Source of the DNA: Arenicellales bacterium
Lineage (GTDB): Bacteria > Pseudomonadota > Gammaproteobacteria > Arenicellales > Poriferihabitantaceae
DNA: 64,000 nucleotides
Assembly: GCA_963422685.1 (NCBI GenBank)
Contig: OY730442.1
Coordinates: forward strand, 2,317,839-2,381,838
Direction of reading: 5' to 3'
In this document: piece after piece, positions 10,667 to 21,105 of the stretch
Numbering within the stretch: the stretch's first letter is position 1
How the letters are laid out: each line of letters opens with the position of its first letter
Notes under the pieces: generated by a model
Seen by the model: the letters and a program-made list of their open reading frames with translations, nothing else
What the model was told of the DNA's origin: nothing
The model's database searches: none
Program-made: the position numbers and the translations under genes

Positions 10667-12250
10667 ATGAACGCATACGCAACCGACGCTCACCACGATG
10701 CGGATCATCACGGCCCGGCGCCGGGGTTAATGCGCTGGGTTACCACCACCAACCACAAGGATATCGGCACTTTGTATCTGTGGTTCTCCCTGATCATGTT
10801 TTTCATCGGCGGTGCCATGGCGCTGGTGATTCGCTCGGAATTGTTTCAGCCCGGATTGCAAATCGTAGATCCGCATTTCTTTAATCAGATGACCACGCTG
10901 CATGCGCTGGTAATGATTTTCGGCGTGGTGATGCCGGCGTTTGTCGGCCTGGCGAACTGGATGCTGCCGATGATGGTCGGGGCGCCGGATATGGCGCTGC
11001 CGCGCATGAATAACTGGAGTTTCTGGATTCTGCCATTCGGTTTCGCCATGATGCTCTCCACCCTGTTTATGGAGGGCGGCGGGCCAGCGGCGGGCTGGAC
11101 CCTGTATCCGCCGTTGTCGCTACAGTCAGGCAATGCCCTGCCTTTTGTAATTTTTTCCATTCATATGCTCGGTGTTTCATCCATCATGGGTGCCATTAAT
11201 ATCATCGCCACCATCATGAATCTGCGCGCCCCGGGCATGACGTACATGAAAATGCCGCTGTTTGTATGGACCTGGTTTATTACCGCCTATTTATTGATTG
11301 CGGTGATGCCGGTGCTGGCCGGTGCGGTGACCATGTTGCTGACCGACAAATTCTTCGACACCAGTTTCTTCAGCGCCGCAGGCGGTGGTGATCCGGTCAT
11401 GTTCCAGCATATTTTCTGGTTCTTCGGCCACCCTGAAGTGTATATCCTGATCCTGCCGGCATTCGGACTGGTGTCTGAAATCATCCCGACTTTCTCCCGC
11501 AAGCGGCTGTTTGGCTATAGCTCCATGGTATACGCCACTGCGTCCATCGCATTTTTGTCTTTTATCGTATGGGCGCACCACATGTTTACCGTGGGCATGC
11601 CTTTGGTGGGCGAACTGTTTTTCATGTTCACGACCATGCTGATTGCGGTGCCCACCGGGGTGAAAGTATTTAACTGGGTGTCCACCATGTGGCGCGGGTC
11701 GTTGACGTTTGAAACGCCGATGTTGTTCGCTCTGGGTTTTGTGGTGATGTTCACCGTGGGTGGTTTTTCCGGGCTGATGCTGGCCATGACGCCGATTGAT
11801 TTCCAGTACCACGATACGTATTTTGTGGTCGCACACTTTCACTATGTACTGGTGCCCGGTGCGATTTTCGGCATTATCGGCGGGGTGTATTACTGGTTGC
11901 CAAAATGGACCGGCAATATGTATGACGAAAAACTGGGCAAGTGGCATTTCTGGACTTCCACGGTTTTCGTTAATATTTTGTTCTTCCCCATGCACTTTGT
12001 CGGGCTGGCCGGAATGCCGCGGCGTATCCCGGACTATGCAGTGCAGTTTGCCGATTTCAACCAGATTGCCACCATCGGCGCATTCGGATTTGGCTTCTCG
12101 CAAATACTGCTGTTAATCGTGGTGGTCAAATGTATTGGCGGCGGTAAAAAGGCCACCGACCGGGTATGGGAAGGCGCTGAAGGACTGGAATGGACGGTTG
12201 CCTCGCCCGCGCCATACCATACATTTTCTCCACAGCCGCTGGTCAAGTAG
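10667..12250 (+). CDS. ctaD: Cytochrome c oxidase subunit I (aa3 type)
   Basis: TNHKDIG, FWFFGHPEVY, WAHHMF, FVVAHFHY, GMPRRI. Confidence 0.97.
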   Translation: MNAYATDAHHDADHHGPAPGLMRWVTTTNHKDIGTLYLWFSLIMFFIGGAMALVIRSELFQPGLQIVDPHFFNQMTTLHALVMIFGVVMPAFVGLANWMLPMMVGAPDMALPRMNNWSFWILPFGFAMMLSTLFMEGGGPAAGWTLYPPLSLQSGNALPFVIFSIHMLGVSSIMGAINIIATIMNLRAPGMTYMKMPLFVWTWFITAYLLIAVMPVLAGAVTMLLTDKFFDTSFFSAAGGGDPVMFQHIFWFFGHPEVYILILPAFGLVSEIIPTFSRKRLFGYSSMVYATASIAFLSFIVWAHHMFTVGMPLVGELFFMFTTMLIAVPTGVKVFNWVSTMWRGSLTFETPMLFALGFVVMFTVGGFSGLMLAMTPIDFQYHDTYFVVAHFHYVLVPGAIFGIIGGVYYWLPKWTGNMYDEKLGKWHFWTSTVFVNILFFPMHFVGLAGMPRRIPDYAVQFADFNQIATIGAFGFGFSQILLLIVVVKCIGGGKKATDRVWEGAEGLEWTVASPAPYHTFSPQPLVK

Positions 12251-12280
12251 CCTCATTGTAGAAGAGCCTGGACTGAATCA

Positions 12281-12379
12281 ATGGACAGAAGGGTTAGAAA
12301 TACACTGGCGGCGCTGCTTGCGGTGGCGTTGCTGATTTATTTTGGATTTATCTTTTTGGCCGGCAGTGGGCACCTGTAA
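12281..12379 (+). CDS. 32-aa single-TM small protein (candidate cytochrome oxidase small assembly protein), absent from the ORF track
   Basis: MDRRVRNTLAALLAVALLIYFGFIFLAGSGHL*, lying between ctaD and ctaG. Confidence 0.6.
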   Translation: MDRRVRNTLAALLAVALLIYFGFIFLAGSGHL

Positions 12380-12398
12380 ACATCGCTGAGGCGCAAAG

Positions 12399-12926
12399 AT
12401 GTTATCTAACAGATTCCGCATCGCTCACCTGTTTTTAATTCCGCTGGTTATGTTCGGATTCGGCTATTTGATGGTGCCGATTTACAATATATTTTGCGAC
12501 CTGACCGGTTTGAACGGCAAGACTGGCAGCATTTCTGTCCCCCGGGCACAGGCGCTTGAGGTTGATGAAGACAGGCTGGTCAGAGTGGAATTTCTGGGTT
12601 CATTGAATCAAACCGCGCCCTGGGAATTCGGCCCCGAGGTATCCAGCATGATGGTCAATCCCGGGAAATCCTATCGCACCCACTATATCGCTACCAATCA
12701 AATGCCCGCGGTGATGGTGGGGCAGGCCATACCCAGCGTGGCACCATCCAAAGCGGCGTCTTATTTTAATAAAATCGAATGTTTCTGTTTTAACCGGCAA
12801 ACCTTCGCCGCGCACGAGCAGAAACAAATGCCGTTAATTTTTGTTGTGGATGCAAAGTTGCCCGACGATGTCAATACGGTGACACTTTCCTATACATTTT
12901 TTGATGTAAACAGTCAGATCAATTAA
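12399..12926 (+). CDS. ctaG: Cytochrome c oxidase copper chaperone CtaG/Cox11
   Basis: PIYNIFCDLTG and YFNKIECFCF motifs. Confidence 0.93.
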   Translation: MLSNRFRIAHLFLIPLVMFGFGYLMVPIYNIFCDLTGLNGKTGSISVPRAQALEVDEDRLVRVEFLGSLNQTAPWEFGPEVSSMMVNPGKSYRTHYIATNQMPAVMVGQAIPSVAPSKAASYFNKIECFCFNRQTFAAHEQKQMPLIFVVDAKLPDDVNTVTLSYTFFDVNSQIN

Positions 12927-12947
12927 ATATTTTCAGAGGCACAACTT

Positions 12948-13814
12948 ATGTCAGAGGCTGCGCACAATCACTACTACGTCCCGGATGCGGCGAAATGGCC
13001 GATGATCGGCTCCATTGCATTGACCCTCATACTCGGCGGATTTGCATTTTATTTGAACGGTGTGGCCTCGGGATCAATGGCGGCGATACTGGGTTTTGCG
13101 CTTTTGGTGGTGATGTTATTCGGCTGGTTTGGCACGGTCATTGGTGAAAGCGAGAAAGGCGTCTATCAGTCCTGGGAAGACATGTCTTTTCGCATGGGTA
13201 TGAGTTGGTTTATTTTTTCCGAAGTGATGTTTTTCGCCGCATTCTTTGGCGCGTTGTTTTATGCGCGAAAATATTCGGTGCCCTGGCTGCTGGGCGAAGG
13301 GTCAGGAGCTTCGACGCATGCCCAATTGTGGCGCGATTACGCTGAAATATGGCCCACCAACGGCCCTGCGGATATGGGCGGCAGCGATTTTCACATGGGA
13401 TGGTGGCCGCTGCCATTCTTCAATACGGTAATTCTTCTTACCTCTGGTTTGACTGTTTCCTGGGCGCATCATGCGATTAAGTCCAACCACCGCGCACAAA
13501 TTATAATCGGACTGTTTCTCACCGTATCTCTTGGATTCCTGTTTGTGTATTTACAAGGTGTGGAGTATGTGGAAGCCTATCATGCGGGCATGACCCTGGG
13601 CAGCGGGATATACGGCTCCACCTTTTTTATGCTGACCGGATTTCACGGTATGCACGTAACCCTGGGTGCAATCATATTGACGGTGATGCTGTTTCGGGCA
13701 ATGTACGGACACTTCACCCCGGGAAGGCATTTCGCCTTTGAGGCTGCGGCCTGGTACTGGCACTTCGTGGACGTGGTGTGGCTCGGCCTGTTTATATTCG
13801 TATATATACTTTAA
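12948..13814 (+). CDS. ctaE: Cytochrome c oxidase subunit III
   Basis: FIFSEVMFF, FFMLTGFHG, AAWYWHFVDVVWL. Confidence 0.95.
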   Translation: MSEAAHNHYYVPDAAKWPMIGSIALTLILGGFAFYLNGVASGSMAAILGFALLVVMLFGWFGTVIGESEKGVYQSWEDMSFRMGMSWFIFSEVMFFAAFFGALFYARKYSVPWLLGEGSGASTHAQLWRDYAEIWPTNGPADMGGSDFHMGWWPLPFFNTVILLTSGLTVSWAHHAIKSNHRAQIIIGLFLTVSLGFLFVYLQGVEYVEAYHAGMTLGSGIYGSTFFMLTGFHGMHVTLGAIILTVMLFRAMYGHFTPGRHFAFEAAAWYWHFVDVVWLGLFIFVYIL

Positions 13815-13837
13815 CCATTGACCCGATGCGGTGGTAC

Positions 13838-13865
13838 AAAAAGCGCTGCACTGCGGCGCTTTTTT
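13838..13865. terminator. Bidirectional intrinsic terminator
   Basis: AAAAA-GCGCTGC-ACT-GCGGCGC-TTTTTT between convergent genes. Confidence 0.7.
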
Positions 13866-14076
13866 ATTGCCTGAACTGATGCGGCGTAACCCAGCCGAAT
13901 TGTACGCCGATAAATAAAAGAAGCATGATAAACAATGATAATCCCACGCGGACCAACAGCGACTTCACCACCCGTGTGGACGTGGAAGGATCTTTGACCA
14001 GGTAGTAAAACGCGGTAAACAGGCTGGCGATGACGAACAGCAGCAGGGCGATAAGTACTATTTTGAACAGCGGCAT
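13864..14076 (-). CDS. Twin-transmembrane small protein (DUF2909-like) of cox clusters
   Basis: MPLFKIVL...SLFTAFYYLVKD...RVVKSLLVRVGLS...GWVTPH; typical antisense position between cox3 and SURF1. Confidence 0.8.
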   Translation of the reverse strand: MPLFKIVLIALLLFVIASLFTAFYYLVKDPSTSTRVVKSLLVRVGLSLFIMLLLFIGVQFGWVTPHQFRQ

Positions 14077-14124
14077 TTGGTGTCCGGGTGAGCGATTGTG
14101 CGATTTGCCGAAAAGGCAGATTAT

Positions 14125-14850
14125 ATGACCACGAATCCGCTGAAAAGACCAGTCAAATCTGTGGCCGTCATACTGTATGTGGCCTGCTTGTCGTTGTTGT
14201 TGTGGCTGGGCGGATGGCAGCTCAAGCGCGGTTTTGAGAAAACACAGGTCGAGCATTCTTTATCTGTGCATCAGGGTCAAATTTTTGCAATTGACCGGGC
14301 ACCGGCACAATGGCCGCAACTGAATTATAAAATTGTTGAACTACAGGGTAATTGGGTGTCGGGCAAAACATTTTTACTGGACAACCGTGTTTCCCGGGGC
14401 AGGGTTGGATTTGAATTGCTTAGTCCATTTCGGCTTGCCGGGGATGATACGATGGTGCTGGTAAATCGGGGTTGGACGGAGAAGCGCAAGGCTATGGAAT
14501 CCATGCCAATGGGTCATCCGAGCGAATCGATAAAGGTAAAAGGCCAACTCTATTTGCCAGAGAAAGGATTTACCCTGGGTCCGGCTTTGACCATGCAAAA
14601 ATCCTGGCCAAAAACCATTCAATATATCGATCACGTGGCATTGTCAGACGCTATTGACAGTGCTCTGGCGCCTGTGGTGGTGGTCATGGACCCGGGTGCA
14701 AATGGCAGCCCGGATAATGAATTGACTAAGATCTGGGTGCCCTATGTGATCAACGCCTCCCGCCATTATGGTTATGCCGCCCAGTGGTGGGGGCTGGCAT
14801 TGGTGCTGGTCATATTTGGCTTCATCTGGAACCACAGGGACGGAACCTGA
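14125..14850 (+). CDS. SURF1 family cytochrome oxidase biogenesis protein
   Basis: LGGWQLKRG, LLDNR, VLVNRGW, HYGYAAQWW. Confidence 0.9.
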   Translation: MTTNPLKRPVKSVAVILYVACLSLLLWLGGWQLKRGFEKTQVEHSLSVHQGQIFAIDRAPAQWPQLNYKIVELQGNWVSGKTFLLDNRVSRGRVGFELLSPFRLAGDDTMVLVNRGWTEKRKAMESMPMGHPSESIKVKGQLYLPEKGFTLGPALTMQKSWPKTIQYIDHVALSDAIDSALAPVVVVMDPGANGSPDNELTKIWVPYVINASRHYGYAAQWWGLALVLVIFGFIWNHRDGT

Positions 14851-14859
14851 ATTCCTGAA

Positions 14860-15471
14860 ATGGTTATGACATCTGCAAACAGTAGATTATTCCGCTCCAG
14901 GTTAAAACTGGTGTTTGTCTTCTGCCTTTTCCTGGGGCCTTTGCTGGCCGCATTTTTATGGTATTACGGTTTCAGTGCAGTCCTGCTGCCACCCGGAAAA
15001 TCCAATCACGTCCGGTTAATCCAGCCTGTCGCAACCCTGTCGGAGTTTAAAAACGAGCTGCACGACAACGGCAGTATTTCTCTGGAAACGCTGAGACACA
15101 AGTGGACTATTGTGCATTTTATCGGCGCAACCTGCGCGGCCCAGTGTCAGAAACTGCTCTACAACACGCGCCAGACCAGAATGGCGCTGGGCAAAGATGC
15201 GCACCGGGTTCAGCGAATCGCGCTGGTTGGGGATTCAGCGCTGGCCGCAGCAGTGCGAAAGTTACATGCAGATATTGCATTGGTCAAACCATCGGGACGC
15301 GGGCTGGCCGCGCAATTGTCGAAAATTAATTCAATCCACAACCCAGGGTCAGATAATGGCCTGCTGATCGATCCATTGGGCAATGTGATGATGGTGGTTT
15401 CAGTGAGTTTAGACCCTGGAAAATTATTGAAGGATTTGAAAAAGCTGCTTAAACTGTCGCGGATTGGCTGA
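14860..15471 (+). CDS. Cox-cluster membrane-anchored thioredoxin/SCO-like protein
   Basis: N-terminal TM helix, CAAQC motif, RQTRMALGKD, LIDPLGNVMM, KDLKKLLKLSRIG; follows SURF1. Confidence 0.7.
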   Translation: MVMTSANSRLFRSRLKLVFVFCLFLGPLLAAFLWYYGFSAVLLPPGKSNHVRLIQPVATLSEFKNELHDNGSISLETLRHKWTIVHFIGATCAAQCQKLLYNTRQTRMALGKDAHRVQRIALVGDSALAAAVRKLHADIALVKPSGRGLAAQLSKINSIHNPGSDNGLLIDPLGNVMMVVSVSLDPGKLLKDLKKLLKLSRIG

Positions 15472-15593
15472 TATCCGATGTCTGGCGCTTTAAACCTGTA
15501 GCTGTAGCGAAGGATATTTGTACCGGGATGCGGATACTCGCGCTCACTTGTGGTTTTGGCAGTTAGACAGTCGGCATTCAGCTCACCGCAAAG

Positions 15594-16877
15594 TTATTCG
15601 TCCCCGGAATTATCTGCTAAAGCCTCGTCTTTCGCACACTGTTGCATGCTTTCTATGGCGGAACTTGAGGGATGGATTGCGGCGGGTGTACATGCACCCT
15701 GTTGGTCCACCGGGGCAGAGCGCTTTGTCATTCTGTACAGGGCAAATATCCCGGTGAGCAGATGCGCACCGCCCATGCACCAGAAAAAACTGTCGTTGCC
15801 GAAAAAATCCATCGCCGCTGCAATGGCCACGGGCCCAAGCACGGCGCCTGTTCCGCCGGCCAGCACCAATGTTCCGCTGGCCGCGATCATCTGGCCGGGT
15901 TGCAAATGGTCGTTGGTGTAGGCGATACAGATTGAATACAACGGCAGCGCCAGGCCGGCAAATAACGCCACTCCAGCCAGCAGGGCCGTATTGGAATCCC
16001 GGGAAAGCGGGACACAAATAAATGCAGCGGCGGCGCTTAGGAATGTGACTATGGTAAGAATCAAACGTCGGTCGTAACAGTCTGATAATGCGCCGATGGG
16101 CCATTGCAGCAAAATCGTGCCGACCACCGCGGCGGACATGAAGTATGAAATATTTTCCACATCCATGCCGAGCCGCTGCCCGTATACCGGGCCCAATGCA
16201 AAAAAGGTGGCGGTCACCAGTCCAATGACAAACATGCCAAAAATTCCCAACGGGGATATTGCGTAGAGTTCGCGCAGTTTCATGCCCACCGATTGTTCGA
16301 ATGTCGAAGTTGCGCTGGCTGAAAGCAGCAGCGGTACTACGGCGATGGAAATCAGTACGGAACTGAGTATGAACAGGGCATAGTCTTTGGGATCGCCCAG
16401 ATTCAGAAATAACTGGCCGACCCCCACACCCATATAGGTCACCAGCATATACAGGGAAAGCAGCTTGCCTCTGGTTGCATTGGTTGCCCGTTCATTCAGC
16501 CAGCTTTCCGCCACCACATACAGACCGGAAAAACAAAATCCGCTCACCAGGCGCAGCGCAATCCAGACCGATATTTCGATAAAGACTGCATGCACCAGAA
16601 CCGCTGCAGAAGCGAGCGCGGCCAGGGCGGCGAATACACGGATGTGGCCGACCTGCACTACAATACGCGGCGTCATGATCGAACCGCACAAAAACCCCAG
16701 GTAGAATGACGACATGATAAAACCGGTGGTGGTAGCGGTATACCCTTCCTGGTCTGCCCGAACCGCAAGCAATGTGCCTTGCAGACCATCGCCCAGCATC
16801 AAAATGCCAAATCCTGACAACAAGGCCCATGACGAGCGCAAAGCGGACCGCAGGGTGGATGAATGGTCAGCGGGCAT
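15594..16877 (-). CDS. MFS transporter (YcaD-like)
   Basis: GDGLQGTLL, IVVQVGHIR, ESWLNE, QWPIGALSDCYDRR; start set at MPADHS. Confidence 0.85.
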   Translation of the reverse strand: MPADHSSTLRSALRSSWALLSGFGILMLGDGLQGTLLAVRADQEGYTATTTGFIMSSFYLGFLCGSIMTPRIVVQVGHIRVFAALAALASAAVLVHAVFIEISVWIALRLVSGFCFSGLYVVAESWLNERATNATRGKLLSLYMLVTYMGVGVGQLFLNLGDPKDYALFILSSVLISIAVVPLLLSASATSTFEQSVGMKLRELYAISPLGIFGMFVIGLVTATFFALGPVYGQRLGMDVENISYFMSAAVVGTILLQWPIGALSDCYDRRLILTIVTFLSAAAAFICVPLSRDSNTALLAGVALFAGLALPLYSICIAYTNDHLQPGQMIAASGTLVLAGGTGAVLGPVAIAAAMDFFGNDSFFWCMGGAHLLTGIFALYRMTKRSAPVDQQGACTPAAIHPSSSAIESMQQCAKDEALADNSGDE

Positions 16878-17007
16878 TTCCTGATTGTAAGGTAGATATG
16901 GAAATTGCGGGTTGCAGGCGGTGTTGCCGATATTTTTTCCCGACTGAAGTATATCGGAATACAATTCCAGCAAACCCGACCAGTTCCTGAAATCTGCATA
17001 ATCTGCA

Positions 17008-18543
17008 ATGAAAAAACCCAACTTCCTCTTCATCTGCACCGACCAGCAGCGTTCCGACAGTTTGGGTTGCGCCGGCAGCACCATCGCGCACACGCCGAAC
17101 ATCGACACCATTGCCCAATCCGGTGTGCGTTTGACGCGACACATTACACCGATGCAGATCTGTTCGCCGAGCAGGGCGAGTATGTTGACCGGGCGGTATC
17201 CGCGTAATCATCAATTGATTATGAATGGCATGGCCCTGCCCGAATCCGTGCCGGTTTTGACCACGTATCTGGCCGGTGCCGGTTATCGAACCCATAGCGT
17301 GGGCAAGCAGCATCTGCAACCGCTGCTGGCCCCGGCGCACTGCGGAATGCCGGATTCCCGGGCATTTTGGCGCCGCCCCGGGTCGGAAAACTGGCGAGGA
17401 CCCTATTACGGTTACCAGACCGCAGAGCTGTTGCTGGGCGAATCCGATACCGCCCATCTTGCTGGCCATTACGCACAGTGGCTAAACCAGTACCATCCTG
17501 AATCCCTGCAACTGTTGCAGCCATCCAGCGCCGCACAGCCGCCACCGGCAGACCTGGATGAAATCTGGCGCTCGTCCATGCCGGCAGAGCATCATTACAA
17601 TACCTGGATAACCGATCATGCCGTGCAGTTTCTGGAACAACAAAATGATGATGACCAATCCTTCTTTTTGTTCGTTTCTTATCCAGACCCCCATCATCCG
17701 TTTGACCCGCCGGCGAAATATGCGGATCGCTATGACCCGAATGATATGCCGTTACCCCGGGTTGACCCGCATGAGCTGTGCCGCATGCCGCCTTATTACC
17801 GGGAGCTGTACCCCAAAGGCCAGGGTTTTCGCGAGCTCTACTGGGCCGGCAGGATGGATATGGAGGCCGGGTCAATGATTACCACGGAAGATATCAGTGA
17901 TGAATCCATGCGCAGGGCGATTGCCTATACCTACGCCATGATTGAAATGATCGATGACGGTGTGGGACGGATTTTATCGTCGCTGGAGCAGCGCGGTGAT
18001 GCAGAAAATACCTGGGTGATATTTACATCCGATCATGGGGAATTGCTGGGCGATCATGGACTGCTGCATAAAGGCCCTCCGCCTTATCGCCAGCTTACGG
18101 AAGTCCCTTTATTGATGCGCGGCCCCGGCATTGCCGAAGGTGAAATCGTGAATGCTCTGACCAGCCATATTGACCTGGCGCCGACCATACTGGAGCTGGC
18201 CGATGTGCAGGCCGATGACGCAAATTTTGATGGAGTGAGCCTGGCAGCGTTATTATCCGGGGAAGTAAACAACCCGAGATCGTATAACTTTGGCGAGTAT
18301 CATCCTTCCGCCAGAATGGATTTATACAATCAAACGGTAATCACCGACACATGGCGGCTGACGCTTTATCCCCACCATCGCGAATGGGGCGAGCTGTTTG
18401 ATCTTGCGCATGATCCATCGGAGCGAAACAATATATTTGCCGATGCTTCGGCGGGCCGGGTCAGGCAGGCGCTTGGGACCATCCTGGCCACTGCGTTTCC
18501 GCCGCAGCCAACGGTGGAGAATGAATGGCTGTGTAAATGGTAG
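17008..18543 (+). CDS. Formylglycine-dependent sulfatase
   Basis: KKPNFLFICTDQQR, CSPSRASMLTG (CxPxR), PDPHHPF, FTSDHGE. Confidence 0.9.
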   Translation: MKKPNFLFICTDQQRSDSLGCAGSTIAHTPNIDTIAQSGVRLTRHITPMQICSPSRASMLTGRYPRNHQLIMNGMALPESVPVLTTYLAGAGYRTHSVGKQHLQPLLAPAHCGMPDSRAFWRRPGSENWRGPYYGYQTAELLLGESDTAHLAGHYAQWLNQYHPESLQLLQPSSAAQPPPADLDEIWRSSMPAEHHYNTWITDHAVQFLEQQNDDDQSFFLFVSYPDPHHPFDPPAKYADRYDPNDMPLPRVDPHELCRMPPYYRELYPKGQGFRELYWAGRMDMEAGSMITTEDISDESMRRAIAYTYAMIEMIDDGVGRILSSLEQRGDAENTWVIFTSDHGELLGDHGLLHKGPPPYRQLTEVPLLMRGPGIAEGEIVNALTSHIDLAPTILELADVQADDANFDGVSLAALLSGEVNNPRSYNFGEYHPSARMDLYNQTVITDTWRLTLYPHHREWGELFDLAHDPSERNNIFADASAGRVRQALGTILATAFPPQPTVENEWLCKW

Positions 18544-18569
18544 TGGTCTGACGGCGCTGTCAAGGAAGT

Positions 18570-19499
18570 TTAGAAGGAGCGCTCACGGGAGCGAACAATC
18601 TCGCTCATCACCTCATTGTACGGTGCGCGGGTTCCGACCCGGGCCGCGACAATGGGCACCATGCCGTTAATCGCATCAATTTCCGAGCGCCGGCGGTTGC
18701 GGTGATCCTGCAACATGGAAGGCCTGGCTTCGGGCATTTTTTCGCCAAATTGGGTGACGTAGCGTTCAGCATCGTCGAAGGTGAAGGCGATATTTTTGGC
18801 ACGCCCGGCGGCATAGGCTTCCAGTCCACAGGTTCTGGCGATGTTCCAACGGTGCGGGTCGGCCATCAATTCGCGCACATTGCAATTGAACACGGTGCAG
18901 GGTGCGCTGTAGGTGACATTACAGAGAAATTTCTCCCAGAGTAGCGGATTGATATCATCGAATGCTCTGGCGTTGAAACCGGCATTCCGCCACACCGCCG
19001 CCACCGCTTCCAGCCGTTCCGACCAGCCGCCGCGCATCTCGCCCAGGCGGATTAGCGCCATTCCATTGTGATGTACATGCCCGGGCCCAACCATGGACGC
19101 CCCAAATCCTTCGGCCACGCCAAGCAGTATATGATCACTGTCGATGGCAGATTGAATTCTTTCCGCGGCGCCGAGTCCGTTTTGAATGGTGAGAATCAGG
19201 GTATTGCTAGCGATGAGTTCACGCGCGGACCTGGCGGCGGCTTCAACCCCAGATGCCTTGGTTGCAATAATAACCAGGTCGCAAATTCCGATGCCCCGGG
19301 TCGAGGTACAAGCGCCAATTGATGTGACTACTCTATCTCCGCTGGCGCCGCTGACGCGCAGTCCGGCGCGGGCAATCGCATCGATATGATCCTGCCGGAT
19401 ATCCACCACATGGACTTCATTTACACCATCGGCCAGCAGGCCGGCATAAACCGAACCCATTGCGCCGGCGCCGATGATTACTATTTTCAAAACCCGCAA
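18570..19499 (-). CDS. 2-dehydropantoate 2-reductase (ApbA/PanE) family
   Basis: GAGAMG, QNGLG, WEKFLCN, SMLQD, EIDAING. Confidence 0.85.
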   Translation of the reverse strand: MRVLKIVIIGAGAMGSVYAGLLADGVNEVHVVDIRQDHIDAIARAGLRVSGASGDRVVTSIGACTSTRGIGICDLVIIATKASGVEAAARSARELIASNTLILTIQNGLGAAERIQSAIDSDHILLGVAEGFGASMVGPGHVHHNGMALIRLGEMRGGWSERLEAVAAVWRNAGFNARAFDDINPLLWEKFLCNVTYSAPCTVFNCNVRELMADPHRWNIARTCGLEAYAAGRAKNIAFTFDDAERYVTQFGEKMPEARPSMLQDHRNRRRSEIDAINGMVPIVAARVGTRAPYNEVMSEIVRSRERSF

Positions 19500-19517
19500 C
19501 CCCGTAGTATTTAAATT

Positions 19518-21077
19518 TTACTGCACCGGCGAGCCGCCTTCCGCCTCTCTTTTTTCCACGAAGGCATCCAGTTCTTCACCAACAGCATCATCCATCACCG
19601 GTTGTTCATAGGAATCAAGCAGGGAGCGATATATTTTTTCGGCGCGGCGGGTTGCATCCAGGCTGCCCGCCTGCTGCCAGGCTTCGAAATTCTGCCAGTC
19701 AGAAAGAAACGGTGTATAGAACGCGGTCTGGTATCGTTGCATGGTATGCGCACTGCCCAGATAGTGACCGGCCGGGGCCACGCCGCCGATGGCGTCCAGC
19801 GCCAGCTCGGCCGGACTGAAATCAATGGGCCGGATAAATTCCATCAAACCCTGGATCATTTCCGCATCAATGATAAATTTTTCGAATGATGCCGCCAACC
19901 CGCCTTCCAGCCAGCCCAGCCCATGGAAGACAAAATTCGACTGGCTCAACAAGCTCGCCCATAATGACATTTGCGATTCATACACCGCCTGGGCGTCAGG
20001 CGCATTGGCGGCGTTTGCATTGGAGCTGCGATAGGGCAGATTATAACGGCGGGCAAGCTGACCGCTGATGATGATACATTTCGCGCTTTCCGGCGTGCCG
20101 AATGCGGGTGCGCCGGACCTCATGTCAATATTTGAGGTAAAACTGCCATACATCACCGGGGTGCCCGGCCGCACAATTTGTGCGAATGCGATGCCGGCCA
20201 GCGCTTCGGCATTTTGCAGGGTTAATGCGCCGGCCAGGGACACCGGGGCCATGGCGCCCGCCAGAGTGAACGGGGTAATAATCAGCGGCTGGCCCAGTTT
20301 GGCGCATTCGATTATCCCGATCAGCATGGCGTCATCATATTGTCGGGGCGAGTTCGGATTAATCGAACCGAACACTCTGGGCTGTGCAATCAAATCCCGG
20401 TCATCCAGTTGGTGGGCGATTCGCACCATTTGCATCACATCCCGTATGCGCTTGCGGTTATGTGAATAAACCCGCAACGGCTTTTCCGTCATGGTCAGTA
20501 TCGCACGGCTGGTATACAGGTGGCGTATCGGTACGGCGATATCCAGTGGCTCTACCGGGTAGCCCGCAATGACCTGGGCCACGTTGATCTGGTGGGTCAG
20601 TTTCAGGAAATTACGAAAATCCTGGTAGTTGCCAGGACGCCTTCCGCCCGCCAGGTCGGTCGCATTCGGCGGACTGCTCAGGGTGGAGAAATTGATATGA
20701 GGGCCGCCACAAGTCAAAAAATCTTCGGCTTTTCGGCCATGTATTTTAAAATCCGACGGCGCCTGCGCGACTTTCTCCATGATCATTTCCGGGTCAAACC
20801 GGACCACAGGTTCGCCCTCCACCACGTGTGCGCCTGCACGTTTGAGCATGGCGCGGGCCTGGGGCAGTGTAAATGCCATACCGTGCTCGCGCAATACTTT
20901 CAATGAAGCCTGGTGCAGGGTTTCCAGTGTCTGCGCACAGACCAGGTCGAGGGGCTTGAAGGGTAGCTGGTATTGCTGTACCGGATGCTGAATGAAACTG
21001 TCACCCGTTGCGCGGTTTCGTCGCTGCCGGTCCCGGCTCCTGCCCCGCCCCTGCTTCCTGGACGCATTCAATTCCAC
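19518..21077 (-). CDS. Trimethylamine methyltransferase family protein (MttB/MtgB-like, non-pyrrolysine)
   Basis: TPFTLAGAMAPVSLAGAL, GAPAFGTPE, DAQAVYES, GWLEGGL; no in-frame amber codon. Confidence 0.85.
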   Translation of the reverse strand: MELNASRKQGRGRSRDRQRRNRATGDSFIQHPVQQYQLPFKPLDLVCAQTLETLHQASLKVLREHGMAFTLPQARAMLKRAGAHVVEGEPVVRFDPEMIMEKVAQAPSDFKIHGRKAEDFLTCGGPHINFSTLSSPPNATDLAGGRRPGNYQDFRNFLKLTHQINVAQVIAGYPVEPLDIAVPIRHLYTSRAILTMTEKPLRVYSHNRKRIRDVMQMVRIAHQLDDRDLIAQPRVFGSINPNSPRQYDDAMLIGIIECAKLGQPLIITPFTLAGAMAPVSLAGALTLQNAEALAGIAFAQIVRPGTPVMYGSFTSNIDMRSGAPAFGTPESAKCIIISGQLARRYNLPYRSSNANAANAPDAQAVYESQMSLWASLLSQSNFVFHGLGWLEGGLAASFEKFIIDAEMIQGLMEFIRPIDFSPAELALDAIGGVAPAGHYLGSAHTMQRYQTAFYTPFLSDWQNFEAWQQAGSLDATRRAEKIYRSLLDSYEQPVMDDAVGEELDAFVEKREAEGGSPVQ

Positions 21078-21105
21078 GGATTACCGGGGTTTGGCATTGC
21101 CCTGA

